Part shown: in pieces, positions 19,278-29,495 of the stretch
Layout: each line of letters opens with the position of its first letter
How positions within the stretch are numbered: position 1 is the first letter of the stretch
Source: an uncultured delta proteobacterium
Lineage (GTDB): Bacteria > Myxococcota_A > Polyangia > Polyangiales > Polyangiaceae
DNA: 64,000 nucleotides
Reading direction: 5' to 3'
NCBI GenBank assembly: GCA_963850305.1
Contig: CAWKKR010000001.1
Location: forward strand, 640,001 to 704,000
Position numbers and translations under genes: made by a program
The notes under the pieces: model-generated
Seen by the model: the letters and a program-made list of their open reading frames with translations, nothing else
The model's database searches: none
Told to the model about the DNA's origin: nothing

Positions 19278-20726
19278 CTACTGCAGCTTCACGCAGATGC
19301 CGCCGCTGCAACTGATACCGCCGCAGCAGGCGACGCTCGCACCGCACTCTTGCCCGTAGAGCGCGCACGTCATTGCCCCGCCCGCGCCAGTCGCGGCGTC
19401 GGTCCCCGTCGTCCCTCCGGCGCCGCCCGCGCCCCCAGGGGTTGCCGGAATGCTGCAAGTCCCCTGCGTGGAGCCAATCGGAGTGACGCACTCCGATCCG
19501 ACGCAGCAATCCCCGTTGATGCTGCACGACGCCCCCGCGGGTTGACACCCCGCGCCTCCGTCCACGGGCGCCGTGCAACGCAGCTGACCGGCCGCGTCCG
19601 GCACACAGGGGGCGTGGTCACAGCAATCCGAACTCGAAGCACACGTTTCTCCTGCCGCGCGACAAGCGGCGAGACCGTTGCACCGCGGCACGCCGAGGGG
19701 ATCGAGCTGGCACACGCCGGAGTTGCCGACCCCGCCGCAGCAGTCATTCCGCGCGGACGAGATGCTGCACGTGTAATTCTGGTAGTGGCAAACATCCCCT
19801 TGCGGGTTGCAACCCAGCGGGTTCCGGCAAATACCGACCGCCCCGCCACCGCTCTTGTCGCACGTGACGTTGCCATCGCCCGGGAGTCCCGTGCCGGCGG
19901 CGCCGCAGCAGTCACTGTCCGCACGACACAGATCCCCGTCGATATGGCAGCCACTCGCAGGTTGGCAGATAGGTACCCCCGTGGGTCCGTAGGGTGCGCA
20001 CAGCCGACTGCAGCAATCACCGCAACCCTGGCACACGGTGCCGTCGGCGCCGCCGTTGCAGAAACTCGGGCCCGATGGTGGCGGCGCGCAGGTTCCGACG
20101 GCCTTGCCCGCGGCAACCGTGCACGCGCCCGTACAGCAATCGCTCGCTTGCGTACAGAGGTCGCCCGGCTGCACGCAAAACGAGGACCCGATCTGACAGT
20201 TTCCCCCGCTGCAAAGGCTCGAACAACAGTCCGCGTTCTTCGCGCAGGCATTCCCGGCCGTGAGGCACGCGGTGTTCAGTGCGGCGCACTTTCCGGAACT
20301 GCATGTGCCGCCGCAGCAACTTGCGTTCGTCGTGCAAGCGTCGCCGTCGCTGATACACATCGAGCCCGAGCACGCGCCCGTGCAGTTCAGGCTGCAGCAT
20401 TCCGTCGGTGATCCGCAGCTCGCGCCGGCAGCCGCACACGCACCGACGCTCGACGCGCACGTGTTCGTCTTCGCGTCGCAGACCTGCGAGCAGCAATCGG
20501 CGCTCGTCGCGCAGACGTCGGCGAACTTGTGACACGTCGATGGAGACACGATGACGCCCGGCGCCGCGCCCGCGCCGACGCCGCTAGCGCCACCCGCAGC
20601 GCCGAGCGCCCCGTCGAGCCCGGCGTCGTGGTTCGTTCGGCCCAAGCTCGCCGACCCGCTGCTGCCGCAGGCGGGAAGCAGCGCGATGCCGACACCGATC
20701 CACCAATGCGAACGAAGATGCTTCAC
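19278..20726 (-). CDS. Cys-rich repeat lipoprotein (paralog of 25355-27062)
   Basis: Lipobox 'LPAC'; repeated C-x5/6-C-x5-CC-x3/4-C modules. Confidence 0.82.
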   Translation of the reverse strand: MKHLRSHWWIGVGIALLPACGSSGSASLGRTNHDAGLDGALGAAGGASGVGAGAAPGVIVSPSTCHKFADVCATSADCCSQVCDAKTNTCASSVGACAAAGASCGSPTECCSLNCTGACSGSMCISDGDACTTNASCCGGTCSSGKCAALNTACLTAGNACAKNADCCSSLCSGGNCQIGSSFCVQPGDLCTQASDCCTGACTVAAGKAVGTCAPPPSGPSFCNGGADGTVCQGCGDCCSRLCAPYGPTGVPICQPASGCHIDGDLCRADSDCCGAAGTGLPGDGNVTCDKSGGGAVGICRNPLGCNPQGDVCHYQNYTCSISSARNDCCGGVGNSGVCQLDPLGVPRCNGLAACRAAGETCASSSDCCDHAPCVPDAAGQLRCTAPVDGGAGCQPAGASCSINGDCCVGSECVTPIGSTQGTCSIPATPGGAGGAGGTTGTDAATGAGGAMTCALYGQECGASVACCGGISCSGGICVKLQ

Positions 20727-20796
20727 GACGTTCCCCTGGGCGACTCCAGCTTTCATCCCCTGGTCCGACGGCGCCCGGGCGCCAATTTTATGAACC

Positions 20797-21684
20797 TCAT
20801 TCAATCCTCGCATCGACGCAGCAGCCCGTGACGCACGCTTCGCCGGCCGGGCATTGCGGAAGGCAATCGAGCCCGCAGGCGGGGCCATTCGCACACGCCG
20901 GCGCGGTGCAAGTCGGCGCGGGCGTCGGCGCGCAGCTCGCCGGGAGCTCTCGCTTGCCCACGCACAGCTCGCACGTTTCGCAGGGGTTCAGGCACCCGGC
21001 CACCTGCGTACAGGGCTTACAGCGGCTCGGGTCGGCGGCGTGTGCGCTATCGCACGAAGGGTTACCCAGTGCGTCCGTCGAACCCAGCCAGACCGGAGTC
21101 GGCGCGCCCGGAATTGCGCAGCAGCCGAAGCAATCACACCCGTTCGGCGTCAGCGGGCCACAGACTGTCAGGCATTGCGCCGACTGCGACGCGCTCGCCT
21201 CGGCGCAGGTCTCGTCCTTCGGCAGCTTCGCGGCCGCATCGTAGGGGCAGGCGCTCCCTTCTGGCGGATAATCCGGCGCGATCGAGAGCGGGTCGCAGGC
21301 ATGCGACCAGAGACAATCGTCGTTGCCGGAGCCGGTGTCTTGATCGAAGTAACAATCCTGCGTGCAGGGCGCGTGATTCTGCCCCGGGATCGAACCGAAG
21401 AACGTGGACTCCGAATTTTGACACGGGCCCAGGCAGTCCGGATCCTCCATGTCGACCTTGCCATCGCCGTCGTTGTCGAGGCAATCCCCGCACGCATACA
21501 CGTGGTTGCCACACGGCGCGGGGTGGCAGACAGGCGCCGCGTCGGCGGTCGTTCGAATGCTGGCGTCGCTGGCCTCCGCGTCGGAACGTGCGGGCGAATC
21601 GAAGCCCAGCAACGCGTCGCGCTCGCAACTCGTCGAAGCGAAGATCAACGTGCCCACGAGCAGGATGGCGCCGCGCGCCGTCAT
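20797..21684 (-). CDS. Cys-rich lipoprotein with putative Ca-binding DxDxDG motif
   Basis: Lipobox-like 'STSC'; 'CGDCLDNDGDGKVDMEDPDC'; very high Cys content. Confidence 0.8.
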   Translation of the reverse strand: MTARGAILLVGTLIFASTSCERDALLGFDSPARSDAEASDASIRTTADAAPVCHPAPCGNHVYACGDCLDNDGDGKVDMEDPDCLGPCQNSESTFFGSIPGQNHAPCTQDCYFDQDTGSGNDDCLWSHACDPLSIAPDYPPEGSACPYDAAAKLPKDETCAEASASQSAQCLTVCGPLTPNGCDCFGCCAIPGAPTPVWLGSTDALGNPSCDSAHAADPSRCKPCTQVAGCLNPCETCELCVGKRELPASCAPTPAPTCTAPACANGPACGLDCLPQCPAGEACVTGCCVDARIE

Positions 21685-22382
21685 TTCGAGACCAGATTCT
21701 CCACCTTGCTCCGGTACGCCGAGCCCGGGAATGCGGCGATGAACGCCCCCGCGCGCGCCTTTGCCGCCGCGGTCCGTCCGAGCCTGGATAGGGCCTCGAT
21801 GGCGATCACTTCCCTCTCCTGCACGAGCACGCCTCGCGGGTAGTCGCGTTTTGCCATCGCCGTAAGCGACAGCGCCCGCGCCGGATCGGACGCCAGCGCT
21901 GCCTGCGCCCGTCCGAGGAGATCGGATTCGGACGCACCCGGCCCTTCGCGCCGCGGAGGGGTTCCTGGTGCGACCTCGACAGGCGGACTTGCCGTCGACG
22001 TTACCGGCGACGGCTTGGCTGTCCGGTTCCTCGGGACCACGCGGCTCGGCGAGCTAACAGCCTCCGCTGCGCCCGGCGCGGGGCGTTCGACACGGGTCGC
22101 CATCCCCCTCATCCACGCAAATCCCCCTCCCGCCGCGAGCGCAAGTGCCGCCACGGCGACGATCGCGACCGAAGCGCCGCCGATGCGGAGAGCTACGCGC
22201 GCACCCCGTCGCGGAGCGTCACCGAACACCGACGCGAGTCGTCCGTCGAGCACGGCGAGTTCGGAGCGAGTCGCCACGTCCTGGCGCGCGTGCGACAGAA
22301 CGGACTTCACGCGCTCCGATGCGGACGAAGCGGGGTCGCGCAGCCGCGGCGGGTCCGGCGGAGCGTCGGATGACTGGCTCAC
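21681..22382 (-). CDS. Putative anti-sigma factor (single TM, Pro-rich linker, C-terminal TPR-like domain)
   Basis: Overlaps sigma stop; TM 'VAIVAVAALALAAGG'; 'YPRGVLVQEREVIAIEAL..FPGSAY'. Confidence 0.75.
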   Translation of the reverse strand: MSQSSDAPPDPPRLRDPASSASERVKSVLSHARQDVATRSELAVLDGRLASVFGDAPRRGARVALRIGGASVAIVAVAALALAAGGGFAWMRGMATRVERPAPGAAEAVSSPSRVVPRNRTAKPSPVTSTASPPVEVAPGTPPRREGPGASESDLLGRAQAALASDPARALSLTAMAKRDYPRGVLVQEREVIAIEALSRLGRTAAAKARAGAFIAAFPGSAYRSKVENLVSK

Positions 22383-22876
22383 GAGGCACCCTCCGACTCG
22401 AGCGCGGCGAGCACGACGTCCCGCGCCGCGTGAAGGCGCGAATACGCCGTCTGCAGCGGACAACCGATGACCTCGCACACCTCGCGCATCGTCAACCCTT
22501 CGATCTCGTAGAGCACGAACACGTCCCGCTTGTCGTCGTCCAGACGATCGAGGGCAAATGCCAGCGAGGAGCGGGCCTCGAGCTGCGGCCCGAGCGATGC
22601 GTCCACCCGCCGAGCGTCGTCGTCCACGGCGATGACTTCGTGGCGCTTCGAGCTGCGGCTCCGGTAGTCCGACGCGGCGCGCTGACAGATCGTATAGAGC
22701 CACGTGCGGAAAGCCGACCGGCCCTCGAACGTGTCGAGCTTGCGGTGGACGGTGATGAACACTTCCTGGCAAACGTCCGGCAGATCCGCCGACCGAACCC
22801 CGAAATAGCGAAGTGCTCTGTAGACATAGCGGGCGTGCTCGTCGAAGATCTGTCGCGACGTGAGGCGCGGGGGCAT
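22379..22876 (-). CDS. ECF RNA polymerase sigma factor
   Basis: 'DLPDVCQEVF..FEGRSAFRTWLYTI'; 'GLTMREVCEVIGCPLQTAYSRLHAAR'. Confidence 0.93.
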   Translation of the reverse strand: MPPRLTSRQIFDEHARYVYRALRYFGVRSADLPDVCQEVFITVHRKLDTFEGRSAFRTWLYTICQRAASDYRSRSSKRHEVIAVDDDARRVDASLGPQLEARSSLAFALDRLDDDKRDVFVLYEIEGLTMREVCEVIGCPLQTAYSRLHAARDVVLAALESEGAS

Positions 22877-22957
22877 GAAGTTTCGGCAACTCTCGGCCGC
22901 GAACGATTCCGAGCCTCGAAGAGTTAGTGGGTCCGACGGTATCAAATTATCAACGCG

Positions 22958-23980
22958 TCACCATCGCAGCGAGAGCCCGATTTCTGCGCTTCCTACCATC
23001 GCCCCCATTTCACGCAGGGCGCGGGTGGTTCCCGCGTCGGAATAAACGAAACGATACCGGACGAGCGCCGCGTCCGCCCCCGCGCCGAGTCTGACGGCAA
23101 CAGGACCCCCAATCGGCCAGAGAAGCACGGCTCGCGCGCCGACCGTCCAGAGCGGTTCGGTGATGCTCGTGTCTTCATCGAAGCCGAGTCCACGCGCATG
23201 CACTCGACCGAATCGCTGAGCGACGCACCCGTGCAGAGTGAGCGCGCGGGACCGAAACGAAAGCGGACACGCATCCGCCTCCAGGGTGAAGGCGCTGAAA
23301 TCGCCGCCGCGTCCACGGGCCTCCTGTGATTCGTCGGGCAACCAGAGCTCCGCGGCGAGTTCGACGCGAAAGAACCGCGGGGGCTCGAGCGACATTGCGA
23401 AGCGACCTCCGCGGGCGACACCCGGCAACAGCCCGACCGCCCCGTCCGCGCCGAGCGACGACTCCCAATGCCACGGCGCGCGCGGGGCGAGCGTCTCCCG
23501 CGGGATCAGGATTGACGTCGAAGCACCGAGGCTCGACGCGGCGTTCTCCTCGGCGAGCTTTCGCGCCGATACGTCCACCATGAGACCCGTTGCGAGCGCC
23601 AGGGAGTCATCGAGCGCCGAACAGTCGGGCGCGGCCGTCGTGAGCGTGCGCGTACCGAGGCTCTCGCCATTCGCGCGCCGCAAATCGATGACCGCCGTCC
23701 AGGCGCCATCGGCTGCCGCGTCGATCGTGCCGCGCACCACGAGAGCCGCCGTTGCCTCGTCCGTGAAGACGTCGCGACGCCATCGCCGGTCGACCGCCCG
23801 CCGGAGCGCCGCCCCATCGAGGCAGCCTCGCGCACGCGCACCCCGGATCCATTCGAGCCGCACGGACACCGGACGATCCGCTCCGCGCGAGCTCGATTGA
23901 GCCAGGCTCGACCCCGCGAATGCCAGCGCGCTCAATGCCGAAACGATTCGGAGCGCGAAGGGCGAAGACATCGTCTCCAT
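22958..23980 (-). CDS. Secreted hypothetical protein with barrel-like C-terminus; first gene of ECF triad 2
   Basis: Signal peptide; 'C..ALRRAV..R..C..L..LAL' N-domain; beta-rich C-domain ending in Trp. Confidence 0.75.
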   Translation of the reverse strand: METMSSPFALRIVSALSALAFAGSSLAQSSSRGADRPVSVRLEWIRGARARGCLDGAALRRAVDRRWRRDVFTDEATAALVVRGTIDAAADGAWTAVIDLRRANGESLGTRTLTTAAPDCSALDDSLALATGLMVDVSARKLAEENAASSLGASTSILIPRETLAPRAPWHWESSLGADGAVGLLPGVARGGRFAMSLEPPRFFRVELAAELWLPDESQEARGRGGDFSAFTLEADACPLSFRSRALTLHGCVAQRFGRVHARGLGFDEDTSITEPLWTVGARAVLLWPIGGPVAVRLGAGADAALVRYRFVYSDAGTTRALREMGAMVGSAEIGLSLRW

Positions 23981-24044
23981 CCTACATGGCGCGTCTCCGG
24001 ACGACTGCGGTGATGACGCGCGGGCGTGTTTCGACGACTGCGCG

Positions 24045-25340
24045 TCAGTTGATGGTGGGGCAGCCGAAGAGCACCTGGACGCTCTCGGCGCCAGTCTCTT
24101 CGACCTGCTGGCAGACGGTGCCCGTGAGCACGACGGTCGGCGGGGACGTGGTCTCGTCGAGCACCCACCCGTTGCCGGAAGTCACCTGCGGGATCCTGAC
24201 GCCGTCGACGAGCACGTTGAGGAGCCGGAGATCCGGCGGCTCCGACGTGAGCTGTTGTGAGCACGTCGTGACGAGGGTCCGCGTGATGTTCGTGAGCACT
24301 GACGTCAGTCCGGCGACGCCGCCGCTCGCATCGACCTGGTAATATTTGTGGGCACCCGAGGGTACCGCCTCGCCGCCACTCACCGCGAAGGCGTCGAGGG
24401 CGGTGGCGTAGGCTTCGCTCCCCGGAATCCCTACGACGAATGTCTTCACTCCAGCCGACGCGAGCTTCTTCACCGCGGCGGTCGTGGCCGAATCGTCGAG
24501 ACAGGACGCGCCGGCCGCCGCCGCTCCTCCGAATTGAGGATCGCAGCAATTCGCGGCCCCTCCGTCGGGGCTCTTGACCGGGCAGAGTCCGTCCAGATTC
24601 AACACGCACGTCCCCTCGCCGCAGCTCAACGTCGAGTTGCAGTCGGGCCCGCCGTCGGTCGCGAGGAGCACGTACTTGTCGCCGGTCAGGGATTTCCCGG
24701 CGCCGGTCGTCAAGTAGTCGTAGGCGCGGCCGAGTGCGAGCGCCGTCGGAGTGCCGCCGCCGGGTCCCATCTCGAGCGCCGTCGCGATCGTCGGCGCGGT
24801 CGTCGTGCCGACGTCGATCGGCACTTCGATCCCCGGTGCGGCGGGCATCTCGCAACAGTTGTCCAAGCAGCTCACCGAGATCGGTTTCGACACATCCGCC
24901 GGATACGGAAAGAGCTCGAGCCCGAACGCGAGGTCGGCCTTCGTCGCGTCCACTGCCGCGCCGAGCGCACTCTTCATCGCCGTCCACTTGTCCGTCGAGA
25001 ACCCAGCTGGCGTCTCGGCCATGCTACCGGAACGGTCGATCACGAGGAGCACGTTGACGTTCCGTGGCTTCGCGTCCACGCGCGACTCACCGCACGAGCC
25101 GTCCGGCCCGTTGTCTCCGCCATCCCTGCCGACGACCTCGATGATGGAGCCGCCTTGCCCGACGGCCTGCCCTCCGGAACCGCCGCCCGACGAGCCGTCA
25201 CGGGTACCACTGCCGCCTCCGCCGGTGGGAGCGAAGCCCCCCGAGCCCTGGCGCGAATGCGAACAAGCGATCGTGCCGAGCAAGGCTGCGGCACCCACCG
25301 CGAACGACTTCAGCGCCGCTCGACGAATCCGCTCTTTCAT
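24045..25340 (-). CDS. von Willebrand factor A domain lipoprotein (CglB-like architecture)
   Basis: Lipobox 'TIAC'; MIDAS 'DRSGSM', 'GTPT', 'LATDGGP'; Cys-rich inserts. Confidence 0.87.
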   Translation of the reverse strand: MKERIRRAALKSFAVGAAALLGTIACSHSRQGSGGFAPTGGGGSGTRDGSSGGGSGGQAVGQGGSIIEVVGRDGGDNGPDGSCGESRVDAKPRNVNVLLVIDRSGSMAETPAGFSTDKWTAMKSALGAAVDATKADLAFGLELFPYPADVSKPISVSCLDNCCEMPAAPGIEVPIDVGTTTAPTIATALEMGPGGGTPTALALGRAYDYLTTGAGKSLTGDKYVLLATDGGPDCNSTLSCGEGTCVLNLDGLCPVKSPDGGAANCCDPQFGGAAAAGASCLDDSATTAAVKKLASAGVKTFVVGIPGSEAYATALDAFAVSGGEAVPSGAHKYYQVDASGGVAGLTSVLTNITRTLVTTCSQQLTSEPPDLRLLNVLVDGVRIPQVTSGNGWVLDETTSPPTVVLTGTVCQQVEETGAESVQVLFGCPTIN

Positions 25341-25354
25341 TTTCGGTTGCTCTG

Positions 25355-27062
25355 TCACGGAATGAAGAACCGGCAGGTGCCTTGCGTGCACGGAACACCG
25401 CTGCAGCAGTCGGCCGTGGTGGCGCACGTCTGGCCGTAAAGCGAGCATGCGCCGCCGGCACCAGTCGTTCCACCAGTGCTGGTCGTTCCGCCCGCGCCCG
25501 CGGTTCCACCGGCGTTGCCGCTTCCGCCCGCGCCCGCGGTTCCACCGGTGTTGCCGCCTCCGCCCGCGCTCGCCGTCCCGCCGGCCCCGGTGGCGCCACC
25601 ACTGCCGGGCGGCGGCGGGGGCACGCTGCAACTTCCCGCCGTCGAACCGACGGCTCTGACGCACGCAGACCCTGGACAGCAATCTCCGTCGATCGTGCAC
25701 GAGCCGCCGCTCGGAACGCACGCGCCGCCCGAGTCCGGCGGGTTGAAGCAGCGCAGAAGGCCGCCGCTCCCCGGCACGCACGGCAAACCATCGCAGCAAT
25801 CGGTGGTGGACGCACACCTGTCGCCGGATTTGCGACACTGACTTCCGAGACCGTAGCAGCGCGGCACCCCGAGCGCGTCGAGCTGGCACACGCCGCTGTT
25901 CCCGACCGCGGCGCAACAGTCGTTCCGCGCCGAGGAGATGCTGCACTCGTAGTTTTTGTAGTGACAGACGTTTCCTTCCGGGTTGCAGCCCATCGGGTTT
26001 CGGCAGATCCCGACGAGCGCGCCGGTGTCTTTCTCGCACGTGACGTTGCCGTCCCCCGGAAGGCCGGTTCCGGAGGCGCCGCAGCAGTCGCTATCCGTTC
26101 GGCAGAGATCCCCGTTCACGTGACAGCCGCTGGCCGGCTGACAGACGAACACGCCAGTGGGCCCGTACGGCGCGCAGAGGCGACTGCAGCAATCCGTGCA
26201 ACTCCCGCACACCGTTCCGTCTACGCCGTCGGAGCAGTAGGTCGATCCCTTCGGCGGCACTGCACACGTTCCGCTCGTCTTGCCGCTCACGATAGTGCAG
26301 GTCCCGGAGCAGCAATCCGCGCTCCGCGAGCAGATGTCGCCCTGCTGGATACAGAAGGAAGACCCGAGCTGGCATTTGCCGCTCGCGCACAGGCTCGAGC
26401 AACAGTCCGCATCCTGCGTGCAGGCGTTGCCGGCCGTATGGCACGCAGTGTTGAGAGGGGCGCAGGTTCCGTTGGTGCACGTGCCGCTGCAGCAACTCCC
26501 GCTCGAAGAGCAAGCCTTGCCGTCCGAAGTGCATGCGCTCGCCGACCCGCATTTGCCGCTCGTACAGTCGAGGTTGCAGCAATCCGTCGCGCCGGCACAG
26601 CTGGCGCCTGCCGGCGCGCAACTGGTGACGCTCGACGCGCACGTCAGAGTAACGCCGTCACAGATCCCGGAACAGCAATCAGCGCCGCTGGCGCAGATGG
26701 CGCCGTAGCGTGAGCACGTGATCGGCGGAATGACCGGACCGGTGGTCGCATCGCGACCCGCATCGCTGGACGCGCTGCTGCCTCCGGCGGACGTTCCTGC
26801 GCCGCTGCCGCTTGCACCGGCTCCAGTGCCGCCGCTGCCGCCCGCGCTCCCGCCCCCCGGACGACCCGAGTGCGCCAAAGCCCCCTTGCCCACCGAAATT
26901 GCCACTTCCACCCGCTCCGCTTCCGGTGCCACCCATGTCGTTCCGGCTACCATCCGGGCCGGCATCCTTCCTGCCGCTCCCGGTGAGTGCGGTAGACCCC
27001 GAACTGCCGCACGCCGTGACCAGACAGAGACCGGCCAGAAGCACCCAATTCACTCGCCGCAT
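25355..27062 (-). CDS. Cys-rich repeat lipoprotein, one frameshift near the C6 run at 26853-26858
   Basis: Signal/lipobox 'MRRVNWVLLAGLCLVTAC' in one frame, Cys-rich body in another; highly similar to 19278-20726. Confidence 0.8.
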
Positions 27063-27202
27063 CCGAGGAACGTTACAGACGTTGGCCTCCGAAATCAAAG
27101 TCACAACACTCGCGAAGCAGGACGAAACCGCGCCGAAGATTCTCACGCACGCGGTTCATAAAATCCGCCGGCTCGGCCTGTCTAAAGCGGCGCGCAGCGA
27201 GC

Positions 27203-27595
27203 TCAGGGAACCGTTACCGACTTTTCAATCCGCAGGCATTGCTCGCCGTTGCAGACACCTCCCCTGATCGTCACGACACCCTTTGGCGAGTCGACCTGCG
27301 CCGACTTCTCCGACAGCCTGAAGTGTTCCCGACCGATCTTCTCTCCCCCGGCGAGGAGGCGCCACGGGTATTCCTTGTTGATGTGCCACTTCCCCTTGGC
27401 GGCGACGACGACGACGTGTCCTGCGGCCACGGACACATCGAATTCCTCCTCTGCGCTCGCGCCGCGCGGCAGGAAGAACGAGAAAGCGGTCAGCGAGCAA
27501 AGGGCCGAAACCCAGAGTAGGCGAGCAAGTCGCGTGGGCGCGCCGTCGGGATCGGACGAACCGCGGTAACGCGGAGTTGCAATCAGAGGAGGCAT
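27203..27595 (-). CDS. Secreted DsbD-N/DsbC-like small protein
   Basis: Signal peptide; 'GKWHINKEYP' and C-terminal 'GGVCNGEQC' Cys pair. Confidence 0.55.
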   Translation of the reverse strand: MPPLIATPRYRGSSDPDGAPTRLARLLWVSALCSLTAFSFFLPRGASAEEEFDVSVAAGHVVVVAAKGKWHINKEYPWRLLAGGEKIGREHFRLSEKSAQVDSPKGVVTIRGGVCNGEQCLRIEKSVTVP

Positions 27596-27716
27596 CGCTT
27601 CGATTCTTATTCGTCCTCTCACGCGAAGTTCTTCAATCCCAGCTCATCTTTTTTTCTCGAACCTTTCTCGTCTGGAGATGCGCCCGAGCCCAACAGGATC
27701 GGTTACGTTCACCGAC

Positions 27717-28255
27717 GTGAAAAGAACGAACATCTGGAAGCCATGTTGCATGGGATTATACGCCGTGGGCCTCGCCGCGCTGGCCTGCGACGACGGCGCG
27801 CTCACCGCCAAAGCGCCCGGCGCCCACTCTCCGCTGATGGGCGAACGAGCGCCCGACTTCGATCTGCCGGCACAGTCCGGTGGCAAGCGCGCGAGTCTCG
27901 AGGATGCGTCGGGCAAGGTATCGATCGTCGACTTCTGGGCTACCTGGTGCGGGCCGTGCAGAGCGTCGTTTCCGAAATACGAGGCGCTCTCCAAAAATAC
28001 GCCGACGATGTCGTCGTGTTCGGCATCTCGGAAGACGACGATGCAGACGGCATCAAGCCCTTCGCGGCCGAGACTGGTGCTACGTTCGTCCTTGCCTGGG
28101 ATCCAGACAAGCGCGTCGCGGGGGCGTATCACCCGGACTCTATGCCGACGGCCTTCATCGTCGACAAGAGCGGGCTCGTTCGGTTCGTCCACGCCGGCTT
28201 TCACGAGGGCGAGGACCAGGAGATCGATGCTCAAATCAAGGGGCTGATCGAATAG
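27717..28255 (+). CDS. TlpA/ResA-family thioredoxin lipoprotein, frameshift at A5 run 27993-27997
   Basis: 'APDFDL', 'VDFWATWCGPC', then in the next frame 'GISED', 'MPTAFIVDKSG'. Confidence 0.88.
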
Positions 28256-28340
28256 GACCCACGATGCGAGCCTGGACGGTGGCTCCACCCCGACGAGCAC
28301 TGCCTCGCGCGCGGCGGCTCTTTCGAATTAGATGGGGGTC

Positions 28341-29495
28341 ATGAAGCTTCATCCGAATTTCGTCCTCCTCCTCGTCGCCGGAGTCGTCGGGTGCAGTCGG
28401 GCCCCTTCCGGCGATTCGGCGAGCACCGGGCGCGTCGCTGCCGCGCCTGAGCCAGTCGTGTCTGGCGCAACGACGCCGTCCACGATCGCGACACCGAGGT
28501 CGGCGGCAGCATCCGTCTCTGGCGCCGCGGAACCTGCCCACCTCGTCGCCCAATCGCTACCACTGCCGGGCGCCAGCGGCCCCGCGTCGCTCGACTTCAT
28601 CTTCTATGAGCGCTCCCCCTCGCGGGTATGGGTACCCGCCGGGAGCACCGGGAGTGTCGATGTTCTCGACACCGCGAGCGGGGCGTTCACTCGCGTCGAG
28701 GGCTTCAAGACCGCGGAGCGAGAGCGGCACGGCAAGAAGCGCACGATCGGCCCGAGCGCCGGCTCCGTGGGTGACGGGTTCGCGTACATCGGGAACCGCG
28801 CAACCAGCGAGGTCTGCCCGGTCGACGTAAAGACCCTGAAGACAGGCACGTGCGTGAAGATGTCCGCGGAGACCGACGGCGTCGTTTACGTGGCCCCTTC
28901 GAAGGAGGTCTGGGTGACGCTCCCGAAGGAGCAAACAATCGCAGTGCTCGACGCTTCGAAGCCGGGCACGCTGAAACCGAGGGCACCGATCAAGTTGGAT
29001 GGCTCGCCCGAGTGTTACGCCGTGGACGTGGGGCGCGGCATCTTCTTCACCAACCTGGAGGACGAGGGACGAACCGTGGCCGTCGATATCGAGACGCGCA
29101 AGGTCGAGGCCACGTGGAACCCGGGCTGCGGGGCGGATGGCCCGCGCGGCGTCGCGTTCGACGCGGCTCACGATTTCGTCATTGTCGCATGCACGGATCA
29201 CGTGCAGGTGCTCGACGCTGGACATGGCGGCGCTCCGCTCGGCAGACTGGACACGGGCGCCGGGGTGGACAACCTCGACTACGTCGACCGGACGCATTTG
29301 CTTTACGTCGCCGCAGGAAAGGCCGCTCGATTGACGGTCGCCGCCGTCGACGACAAGGGGCGGCTCGCCGTCGTGGCGACGGGTCAAACGTCGGAAGGTG
29401 CGCGAAATGCCGTCGCCGACGCGAACGGCACCGCGTACGTCGCCGACTCTCGACAAGCTCGCCTGCTCGTCTTCAAGGCGAAGGCCGCCCCGTGA
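28341..29495 (+). CDS. YncE-family beta-propeller lipoprotein
   Basis: Lipobox 'VVGC'; repeated blades 'RVWV..VDVLDT', 'EVWV..IAVLDA', 'PRGVAFD'. Confidence 0.8.
   Translation: MKLHPNFVLLLVAGVVGCSRAPSGDSASTGRVAAAPEPVVSGATTPSTIATPRSAAASVSGAAEPAHLVAQSLPLPGASGPASLDFIFYERSPSRVWVPAGSTGSVDVLDTASGAFTRVEGFKTAERERHGKKRTIGPSAGSVGDGFAYIGNRATSEVCPVDVKTLKTGTCVKMSAETDGVVYVAPSKEVWVTLPKEQTIAVLDASKPGTLKPRAPIKLDGSPECYAVDVGRGIFFTNLEDEGRTVAVDIETRKVEATWNPGCGADGPRGVAFDAAHDFVIVACTDHVQVLDAGHGGAPLGRLDTGAGVDNLDYVDRTHLLYVAAGKAARLTVAAVDDKGRLAVVATGQTSEGARNAVADANGTAYVADSRQARLLVFKAKAAP

Noticed and set aside
24045..25340. Assigning the gene symbol cglB
   Set aside because: Architecture is similar, but vWA lipoproteins are a large paralogous family in these bacteria; orthology cannot be shown by eye
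26853..27997. Programmed frameshifting or phase variation at the C6 and A5 runs
   Set aside because: Runs are short and unrelated genes across the window also carry indels; sequencing error is more parsimonious without reads
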